64,000 nt of DNA from Candidatus Omnitrophota bacterium (GTDB taxonomy: Bacteria; Omnitrophota; Gorgyraeia; JAGLLT01). A program made the position numbers and the translations under genes. Below, piece after piece: positions 1 through 7,405 of this stretch. The stretch is taken from NCBI GenBank assembly GCA_030632085.1, contig DAOVJY010000003.1, forward strand, positions 23,809 to 87,808, in the 5' to 3' direction. The number at the start of each line of letters is the position of its first letter. The first letter of the stretch is position 1. The notes under the pieces were generated by a model. That model did not search any database, was not told the DNA's origin, and was given only the letters and a program-made list of their open reading frames with translations.

Positions 1-1
1 G

Positions 2-991
2 GTTGCAAATGAAGGAGCTATAGGGGTAATTGCGTCTGTTGGCCTGGGGATATTTAATCATGAGGTAGAAACCAGCTTCGCGGAAGCCAATAAACAAGCC
101 TTAATTAATGAAATCAGGCGAGCCAGAAGCATGACTAAGGGTATTTTAGGTGTTAATATCATGCTTGCTCTTACTGATCACGCCAAACATGTAAGGGCGG
201 CAATCGATGAAAAAATAGATATAGTTATTCTTGGCGCCGGACTTCCTCTAAAAAATTTTGTAGATATATCAATCAGTGAACTTAAAAAATTACACACAAA
301 GTTTGCACCCAAAGTTTCTTCTGCCAGGGCCGCGGATCTTATTTTTAAGTACTGGGCTAAAAATTACAATCATGTGCCTGATGCTCTGGTGGTGGAGGGC
401 CCTTTGGCTGGAGGCCATTTGGGTTTTAAAAAAGAAGACCTTGATAAGCCGGAGTTTTCTTTAGAAAAACTGGTTCAAGCTTCCATAAATTGTCTGAAGC
501 CCTACGAAAAACGTTTTAAGAAAGTTATTCCTGTAATTGCTGCCGGAGGTATTTATACAGGTGGAGATATATATAAGTTTCTGCAGATGGGCGCGCAGGG
601 AGTCGCTATGGGTACGCGCTTTGTGGCTACGCATGAATGTGACGCGGCTGATGAGTTTAAGCAAATGTATGTAAATTGTAAGAAGGAAGATATTACCGTA
701 ATTGATAGTCCGCTAGGCTTACCCGGAAGGGTTATTATTAATAAATTTATCACTGATGTGAGAAGCGGCCTGAAAAAACCCTTTGAATGTCTATGGAAAT
801 GCCTTAAAATGTGTGATTATAAAAAAGCTCCATATTGTATTGGCCAGGCTTTGTACAATGCGAAAATGGGGAACCTGAAGGATGGTTTTGCGTTTTCAGG
901 AGCCAACGCTTATAGAATAAAAGAAATCGTCTCAGTAAAAGACCTTATAGAGACGCTTTTAAAAGAGTACAAGCTTGCAGCCGGAGTATAA
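2..991 (+). CDS. Nitronate monooxygenase / FabK-like (NPD family) FMN oxidoreductase, 5'-partial
   Basis: The frame is open from position 2, upstream of the listed Met at 131. The motif AAGGIYTGGDIYKFLQMGAQGVAMGTRFVATHEC is typical of the 2-nitropropane dioxygenase/FabK TIM-barrel family. Confidence 0.7.
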   Translation, partial: VANEGAIGVIASVGLGIFNHEVETSFAEANKQALINEIRRARSMTKGILGVNIMLALTDHAKHVRAAIDEKIDIVILGAGLPLKNFVDISISELKKLHTKFAPKVSSARAADLIFKYWAKNYNHVPDALVVEGPLAGGHLGFKKEDLDKPEFSLEKLVQASINCLKPYEKRFKKVIPVIAAGGIYTGGDIYKFLQMGAQGVAMGTRFVATHECDAADEFKQMYVNCKKEDITVIDSPLGLPGRVIINKFITDVRSGLKKPFECLWKCLKMCDYKKAPYCIGQALYNAKMGNLKDGFAFSGANAYRIKEIVSVKDLIETLLKEYKLAAGV

Positions 992-1175
992 ATGAAGTTA
1001 AAAGCGATTTTAAAATATATAATGTAAAAAATGCCGGCTCCGGAGAAAGTGATTAGGAAGGCATTAAAATGATGATATGGATAGAAAGATTTAAAAAATT
1101 ATTGGCGGTAAATAAACCCAACGGTTGATTTTGCTGTTTAAATAATAATATAATAGCCCAAAAAGAGGGTATGAA

Positions 1176-1556
1176 GTGAGAAAATGTACTATTTTTATTT
1201 TAGGTTTATGTGTAATGCTTTGCGGCTGTTCAAAACAAATTTCGACTCTCTTAGATGTGGCCAAGAGTCAATCTGAAGCCCACAGACAACTCAAAACGGA
1301 GACTATATATTTTAATAACCTTAAAACAGCCATAGAAGAAGGCCGAATTAAAAACGGTATGTCCGAGAAGCACATACAAAGAATTATTGGTGAACCAATG
1401 CTTATTCAGAGTGAGGCTGACGGAGAAAGATGGGTATATAAGCCGGCTGAAGCAACTTTCTTTGATGATAATAAGATACACCTTTATTTTAATGAAAACA
1501 AACTTTTAACCAAGTACAAAGTTTTTGAGCCCGAAGAGTTAGAAAATAATAATTAA
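1176..1556 (+). CDS. small lipoprotein (signal peptide + lipobox LCGCS), BamE/SmpA-like fold possible
   Basis: The N-terminus MRKCTIFILGLCVMLCGCS is a typical lipoprotein signal with a Cys lipobox. The protein is 126 aa. Confidence 0.55.
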   Translation: MRKCTIFILGLCVMLCGCSKQISTLLDVAKSQSEAHRQLKTETIYFNNLKTAIEEGRIKNGMSEKHIQRIIGEPMLIQSEADGERWVYKPAEATFFDDNKIHLYFNENKLLTKYKVFEPEELENNN

Positions 1557-1725
1557 TAAAGCGTTTTTTATTGGCAAGCGGTTTTTGCCTAAGCGCTTAC
1601 CGCGCACAAAACATCACCCAAAATATTTTTTATTAAAGTTCCCTCGATTAATTTAGATACTACAGATGAAGAGAGTACGCAAAATAGGGATATGAGGGGA
1701 ATCGTAAAACATAAGATATCAAACA

Positions 1726-2178
1726 ATGATAAGATTTCTAGTAAGAACATTCACAGTTTTTTTAATATTTGTTGTTTTGCTTGCAGGGGCGCTGTATTTT
1801 GTTGATAAAGAATATTTGCTTAAGAGAATACTTGTTGCCCTTCCAACCGATACGCCTATTTCATTAGGACAAGTGAGTTTATCAATAGATGAAGCCAGCG
1901 ATAACACGCTTTATGGTTTTGAAATGGTTGATAAAAGAGACTCCCCCATTCAAAGAACCATCAATGCCGAATATGCCCAAGTTAACTACGATTCCAATGA
2001 AAAAGTGATTAATATCATTCTTCATAAGGGCACAATTAAAGAGAAAAATCTCAAAAGTACTGCTGAAGCTACTAGTCAAAGTTTCGATCAATTAGTAATT
2101 ACTCTTGATCCGGGAGAGATTAAGAGTAAATTAAAGCAGTTTCATAAGCAAAAAGACAGTTTAAACCCATCAAGCTAA
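1726..2178 (+). CDS. membrane-anchored hypothetical protein
   Basis: ORF of 150 aa with a hydrophobic N-terminal helix (FLIFVVLLAGALYFV). Confidence 0.45.
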   Translation: MIRFLVRTFTVFLIFVVLLAGALYFVDKEYLLKRILVALPTDTPISLGQVSLSIDEASDNTLYGFEMVDKRDSPIQRTINAEYAQVNYDSNEKVINIILHKGTIKEKNLKSTAEATSQSFDQLVITLDPGEIKSKLKQFHKQKDSLNPSS

Positions 2179-2239
2179 CCTCCCCGGAGTGCTTGACAAC
2201 TAATAGTGAATAATGTAGTATAATTAAACTACATTTTAT

Positions 2240-2458
2240 ATGAAACTTATATCTGTTTATAAAGCTCATGATGAGTTCGAAGCTATTTCTTTAAGAGATC
2301 TTCTTGAAAAAGAAGATGTTCAGGTTGTTATCCGGTCCCGGCAAATACCTATGTACGATGGTATTATGACTATGGCAGTCGGATATTGGGGTGACCTCTT
2401 AGTTAAAGAAAAAGAACTGGAAAAGGCTAAGGAAATCATAGAAGGTTTTTTATTATAA
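2240..2458 (+). CDS. small DUF2007-like putative signal-transducing protein
   Basis: ORF of 72 aa. The pattern VYKAHDEFEAISLRDLLEKEDV resembles the DUF2007 family. Confidence 0.4.
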   Translation: MKLISVYKAHDEFEAISLRDLLEKEDVQVVIRSRQIPMYDGIMTMAVGYWGDLLVKEKELEKAKEIIEGFLL

Positions 2459-2472
2459 GCTTACCAAATTAT

Positions 2473-2565
2473 GGAGAGGTGCCTGAGTGGCCGAAAGGAG
2501 CCGCCTGCTAAGCGGTTGTTCCGTTACAAGCGGAACCCTGGGTTCGAATCCCAGCCTCTCCGCCA
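2473..2565 (+). tRNA. tRNA-Ser (anticodon GCU), long variable arm
   Basis: The cloverleaf is readable: acceptor GGAGAGG/CCTCTCC, anticodon loop CTGCTAA, long extra arm, T-arm GGTTCGAATCC, then CCA. This tRNA is the attachment site of the island. Confidence 0.85.
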
Positions 2566-2709
2566 GTGTTTTTAGCATACTTTAAAATCTCTTCACAAAC
2601 ACACCGAATTCATCATAACCTCTATATTCTTCAAGCACATATAACATCATTTAATAGCAGGCAACATCAGTTATTAACATAGCTGTATTGCCTATTTTTT
2701 TGTATTAAT

Positions 2710-2946
2710 GTGGTGAAAATGTGGTGGAATTTGAAATATTCAATTGATTTTCCTTTTGGATTTTTTTTGTATATATGGGTAGATGTTATCTTTATCAAAG
2801 AGAGCACCAAGGCCATTTTGGTTATGTTTGATAATAAAAAAGCATGGTTTCCAAAAGCCTGGATTGTGAGAATTAAGCACGACAAAGACAGCAATAAGGC
2901 GAAGATTAAAATATCTGAATATTATTGGGCTAAAAAGTTCGAATAA
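2710..2946 (+). CDS. hypothetical small protein (island cargo)
   Basis: ORF of 78 aa with no recognisable motif. Confidence 0.3.
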   Translation: MVKMWWNLKYSIDFPFGFFLYIWVDVIFIKESTKAILVMFDNKKAWFPKAWIVRIKHDKDSNKAKIKISEYYWAKKFE

Positions 2947-3045
2947 TAAGCCAAAAAATCTTTGATTTTTATCAAAAAATATGCTATCTTGAACACAGAT
3001 AAAAAAAGAAGCTCGTCTATTAATTGTTAGAAGAAAGAATAAATT

Positions 3046-3813
3046 ATGAATTTAATTAAAATTTTTATAGTAATATTCGGGATTTTATCAATCATAGGGA
3101 TTATTGTAGCTATATTGTGGGCTATCAAATCCCCACCATTAATATCAAAATTAAATTTATCTTCAACCCAAATGAATATATTTATCAATATTATTATCAT
3201 TTTTGTCATGGTCTTAACAATACTAATAATCATAACTTATTCTAATCAGCAAATTATTGAAAACCAAAAATCAACAAAAGAATATATTGAAGCCTTAAAA
3301 ACAACCACGCAAGAACGAATATCTGAAGCTAAGAAAATTACAGACTCGCAGCTTCTCAAGATGGATGAGCAAATTAAAACAATCCAAAATGAAACAAATC
3401 GCCAGATACGGATAGAAGAAAAATGGACGAATATTAAAAGGAAGCAATTGATAGAATCTTTAATTGAAGAAATCAAACAAAACCAAAGCATTTATAGTAG
3501 GCTCGAAAAAGATTTGGAAGAAGATCCTGTCAAATCTAACTTCCAAAATTTTATTACTGTTAGTTTAGAAAAATGTTTGTCTGATTCCCCCATTGATAAT
3601 GAAGAAATAAACCACCATATATTAGGTTTGTATTATTGGATAAAAGTACATGACAACAAGTTGACTGCCTCTAGAACGCCCAGCATAACATCTGAATCAC
3701 TAAAAGGTATTCTTGGGGCAGTTGTAAAAAATTATAAAGGAAATGAAAAAAGCTATACTGGCTTAGTAAATTTATTAAGCGAATATATAAAAACAATAGA
3801 AATAAAAGAATAA
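3046..3813 (+). CDS. membrane-anchored coiled-coil hypothetical protein
   Basis: Two N-terminal TM helices are followed by a long charged, heptad-like region (EYIEALKTTTQERISEAKK...). Confidence 0.5.
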   Translation: MNLIKIFIVIFGILSIIGIIVAILWAIKSPPLISKLNLSSTQMNIFINIIIIFVMVLTILIIITYSNQQIIENQKSTKEYIEALKTTTQERISEAKKITDSQLLKMDEQIKTIQNETNRQIRIEEKWTNIKRKQLIESLIEEIKQNQSIYSRLEKDLEEDPVKSNFQNFITVSLEKCLSDSPIDNEEINHHILGLYYWIKVHDNKLTASRTPSITSESLKGILGAVVKNYKGNEKSYTGLVNLLSEYIKTIEIKE

Positions 3814-3895
3814 AAAACCTCTAACAATTTCATCCACCTGACCATTACCCTCGTCGCTTAGCGTTGCGTGTCCCGGCGGGTGATGTTGACGTTAT

Positions 3896-4498
3896 ATGAA
3901 AGAGAAAATAATGAAGAATATAAAGATTATAAGCTTAATAATTGCAATCATAGCAATGATACTACTTTTACACTGCAATATTAGCGATAAAGAAAGTTTA
4001 TATACCAGCATAGGGGGTACTTTCATTGGGTTTTTGGGAGCTTTTCTAATATATCAAGTAGGTATTATGATTGATGAAAAGCGGAAAAAAGAATTGGAAG
4101 AAAAAAACACTAAATATATATACCAACTTTATAAAATGGAATTAGAAATGAATATTAGCCACATAAATGGTTTGATTAATAAAAGATGGACACCTTTTTA
4201 TAAATTGAAGACTATAACCAGAGATAAATTATGGGGTGAATTAGCAAGCTATTCCAAAGATTTAAATCTGATGCAAAAACTCAATATTATCTATGGCGAA
4301 TTTGAACTAATAAATAATAAATTTGACATTATGAATTCTGTAAGAATACATCAAAAAAATACTATAAATCAGGCTGAACAAGAACAATTGGGCAAGGAGC
4401 TTGGAGAACAACTCGAAGGGTGCATTGGTTTAGGCAAAAACGTTATTCCTATAATCCAAGAAGGCATAGAAATTTTAAATCAACAAATAAAAAGATAA
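3896..4498 (+). CDS. membrane-anchored hypothetical protein
   Basis: An N-terminal TM segment IISLIIAIIAMILLL and a second helix are followed by a soluble charged domain. Confidence 0.5.
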   Translation: MKEKIMKNIKIISLIIAIIAMILLLHCNISDKESLYTSIGGTFIGFLGAFLIYQVGIMIDEKRKKELEEKNTKYIYQLYKMELEMNISHINGLINKRWTPFYKLKTITRDKLWGELASYSKDLNLMQKLNIIYGEFELINNKFDIMNSVRIHQKNTINQAEQEQLGKELGEQLEGCIGLGKNVIPIIQEGIEILNQQIKR

Positions 4499-4601
4499 CC
4501 ATATAACAAGTCAATGCACCCGACTTTTTCTCGCCGCTTCGCTCTGGGAAAAGCTGGTAATTTCCAGCGTTAGATGAAAAATATAATAACAGAGATTTGA
4601 T

Positions 4602-5459
4602 ATGGCCTATTTAATGCATATTGGTTTTGATAATACTTCTCGGCTTTGTAGAAATGTATACTACTTTGAATATAAAGGAATTCGGTATAAATTAATTCAA
4701 AATAACATAAGAAAATGGTGCGATGTTCTTTTGACGATAATACATGAAAGCAATAACAAGGTAGATCAAAATAAAATATATATGAATGCATCGGAATTTT
4801 TAAGTGCATTGGGTTGGGAAAATGAATCAAGGGTAAAATTGAGACATTTAGGTGGACCAGGAATACCTGATAATTATAAACTTAAAAATGCAAAATGTAG
4901 GTCATTTAGCTTTCCCGAAGTACCATTTGTAGGATATATAATAGGATATAATATCTGTGTGATTCCAAAAATTGAGACAGAAGAGCAAAGAAATGCTCTT
5001 ATGCTTTTTCGAGAAGCTTTTAGCTCTAATAATAACTATCTAGCATTCTTATTTTATTGGCAAGTGTTGGAAGTGGCGAAGGGTGACGCAATTGGATGGG
5101 TAAATAAAACACTCAAGAAAAATAGAAATAAAATTAGATTATTAAATGATGAAATAGAAAGAGTGCCATTAAATGGTAAAAAACTCGGGAATTATTTATA
5201 TGAAGATTGTCGTAATGCAATTGCACATATAAAACGTAAAAAATATGGACAAACTAAAATAAAACTTGACACCCTAGATGATAATAGCAGAATTGCAATA
5301 AGCACTCTGGTAATTAGAGAATTTGCAAGATATTATATTAAAAGTAGACTAGGCCTTCAAAAGAATATGTATTTAGTGCGAAAAAATGGGAAAGGGTTTC
5401 CATTTTATGCAAATGAAGAATATACAAAACACAATAGATGCAAGATAGCATATAAATGA
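4602..5459 (+). CDS. HEPN-motif protein (putative Abi/RNase-like), hypothetical
   Basis: The C-terminal region carries Rx4H (YEDCRNAIAHIK), which fits R-N-x-x-x-H of HEPN RNases. The family assignment rests on this motif only. Confidence 0.45.
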   Translation: MAYLMHIGFDNTSRLCRNVYYFEYKGIRYKLIQNNIRKWCDVLLTIIHESNNKVDQNKIYMNASEFLSALGWENESRVKLRHLGGPGIPDNYKLKNAKCRSFSFPEVPFVGYIIGYNICVIPKIETEEQRNALMLFREAFSSNNNYLAFLFYWQVLEVAKGDAIGWVNKTLKKNRNKIRLLNDEIERVPLNGKKLGNYLYEDCRNAIAHIKRKKYGQTKIKLDTLDDNSRIAISTLVIREFARYYIKSRLGLQKNMYLVRKNGKGFPFYANEEYTKHNRCKIAYK

Positions 5460-5519
5460 TTAGGGTTTCATTAAATGCGAAAGAAAAAACGGCAGTAATA
5501 ACTAAGAACATCTAATAAT

Positions 5520-6125
5520 TTGCTCCAACATTTGATTTTGAACGTTAGCTATCAACTATATGGTGTCATCGGAGATAAAGATATGAATGTGCCTAATTTA
5601 GAAAGAGTAATAGAAACTTTTATTCCAATCACAATACCCAACGAAGCAACGTCGTTACAAATTTGGCAACATTATTTGAATATTCTTAGGTCAAAAGTAG
5701 AACCATTAGTAAAAGATTTGATGCAAAGAAGACTCATTGATTGGTATTCATTTCTAGTCCATAGCAGGCAAAGCGGTGTTCCTATAAGTGAGGATGATAA
5801 GGGTATCTACGTACATTTGAGAGTAGAACTTTCCGCATTAGCAAGTGAGCAAGAATTACGGAAACACCTCCCTCCTTTTTGTCGAATGACACAAAAGATG
5901 GTGACACCAAAACCTCCTTCACTAGATACCATTGATATACAAGCGTTAAGGGATGAAAAAATTGAGCAAGGGTGGAAGGTTTTAGGCGAAGCATCCGAAT
6001 GGGTGTTGCGGATGCTGAATTCCCATAGCCCAAATAAACCAGTTCCAGCACAAAATGTGGCCCAGTTTTTGCACTACATTGGAAATCAATTATTTATCAA
6101 AGCTGTTCAAATTCCTATGCCGTGA
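5520..6125 (+). CDS. hypothetical protein (start possibly at Met 5583)
   Basis: ORF of 201 aa. It is GC-richer than its neighbours and has no recognisable motif. Confidence 0.4.
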   Translation: MLQHLILNVSYQLYGVIGDKDMNVPNLERVIETFIPITIPNEATSLQIWQHYLNILRSKVEPLVKDLMQRRLIDWYSFLVHSRQSGVPISEDDKGIYVHLRVELSALASEQELRKHLPPFCRMTQKMVTPKPPSLDTIDIQALRDEKIEQGWKVLGEASEWVLRMLNSHSPNKPVPAQNVAQFLHYIGNQLFIKAVQIPMP

Positions 6126-6224
6126 ATGGGGAAGATATATTTAATTAAGGCACCCAACAACTCCTTGCAGTCGGTCTCGCCATCGCTCAATGGTTGAGTT
6201 CGGCCGTTAGCCGAAAATAAGAAC

Positions 6225-6812
6225 ATGAGCACAACCGACATACTGACCTTATTAGCAATAATTCTAAGTGCGATCGCAGTTGGATTTGCGGCCTATCAAG
6301 CAATTCTGAATCGAAAGGCTTTGGTAGCAGCAAGGAAATCAATTGAAATGTCTACTAGAACAAGACACATCGAAATGTTACCTAAGGCAGGTTTCGCTAT
6401 TCACGTAGATATGAAATTATCGAATTGGATATCTGATTTGAGTAAGGTAATTGAATTATCGCAACAGGCTATGGGTAACAAAGATGACGAATTACTTAAG
6501 GAATTAGCAGGGAAAGGCTTAAAGTCACCTGATCATTTAGTTGATAAATTCATGTATGAGAAAGCACCACCTTGGTTGTCCGAAATCTATATTAGTTCAG
6601 CGCAATTTTACTATGATGCAAAAGCACCGCAAGTTGCGCTTTGGGGATTTTCATCTGAAGCCGGCAATTATTCATATATACCTAGTTTTATTGAGCGGTG
6701 CGAGGATTCGATTAATCATATTCGTCAGTTTAAAAGTTATTTAGATGATATTGTACCAAGAGCCTATCTTGAAACACCGGCCAGCATAAATGATGATAAA
6801 TTCATCGGCTAA
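6225..6812 (+). CDS. membrane-anchored hypothetical protein
   Basis: An N-terminal TM helix LTLLAIILSAIAVGFAAY is followed by a soluble domain. Confidence 0.45.
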   Translation: MSTTDILTLLAIILSAIAVGFAAYQAILNRKALVAARKSIEMSTRTRHIEMLPKAGFAIHVDMKLSNWISDLSKVIELSQQAMGNKDDELLKELAGKGLKSPDHLVDKFMYEKAPPWLSEIYISSAQFYYDAKAPQVALWGFSSEAGNYSYIPSFIERCEDSINHIRQFKSYLDDIVPRAYLETPASINDDKFIG

Positions 6813-6939
6813 CAAATGGCTGAACAACCTGACGGAAGGTTACTGTAATTATGAATAAGATAAATCGCTGGGGTAGAGGTGCTTCCGTAGCTGGCCATAC
6901 GTTATGAGTAAGAGGCAGTGCCCTTTTAAAGAAAAAAAC

Positions 6940-6975
6940 TTGACTTTTATCTAATTATAGCGTAATGTACATTAC
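6940..6975 (+). promoter_or_regulatory. sigma70-like promoter (TTGACT -N17- TAATGT) overlapped by a perfect 14-bp palindrome, GTAATGTACATTAC (likely operator)
   Basis: TTGACT at 6940-6945 is followed by a 17-nt spacer and TAATGT at 6963-6968. The palindrome at 6962-6975 is self-complementary. Confidence 0.45.
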
Positions 6976-7029
6976 AGAAATAAAAGTGGTGCGTTCGAAG
7001 GGGGAACCTCCACGTTAAAAAAAGTAAAA

Positions 7030-7066
7030 CCTTCATAGCTTTTTGCTATGAGGGTTTTTTGTTTTT
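7030..7066 (+). terminator. intrinsic terminator in the leader, 48 nt upstream of the RadC-N/MTase/OLD operon
   Basis: A 10-bp stem CCTTCATAGC/GCTATGAGGG with loop TTTTT is followed by TTTTTTGTTTTT. Confidence 0.6.
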
Positions 7067-7114
7067 ACAGAACAATATTTTCTGTTGAGATTTTAAAGGA
7101 AAGGTGGTAAAATT

Positions 7115-7405
7115 ATGCCAAAGATAAAAGATTTACCAAAAGACCAAAGACCAAGAGAAAAATTATTGAAATATGGGCCAGAGTCTTTGCTCGACAAAGA
7201 ACTTTTGGCTATCTTAATCGGACACGGGCTTAAGGGCAAATCTGCCATAGAAATGGCAGAAGAATTATTAACAGAGTATAAAGACCTCAAAGGGTTAGCA
7301 GGGAAAAGATTAGATGGGTTTATGAAAATTAAGGGCATAAAAGAAGCAAAAATTATTAAAATCGCTACTGCATTTGAAATAGCAAAACGAATTTATTTTA
7401 CATAA
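7115..7405 (+). CDS. RadC N-terminal HhH domain protein (UPF0758 N-terminal region only; no JAB/MPN domain)
   Basis: IKDLPKDQRPREKLLKYGPESLLDKELLAILIGHGLKGKSAIEMAEELL...IKGI..AK matches the conserved N-terminal HhH region of RadC/YicR. The ORF ends at 96 aa without the HNHPSG-containing JAB domain. Strong RBS AAGGAAAGGTGG. Confidence 0.7.
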   Translation: MPKIKDLPKDQRPREKLLKYGPESLLDKELLAILIGHGLKGKSAIEMAEELLTEYKDLKGLAGKRLDGFMKIKGIKEAKIIKIATAFEIAKRIYFT

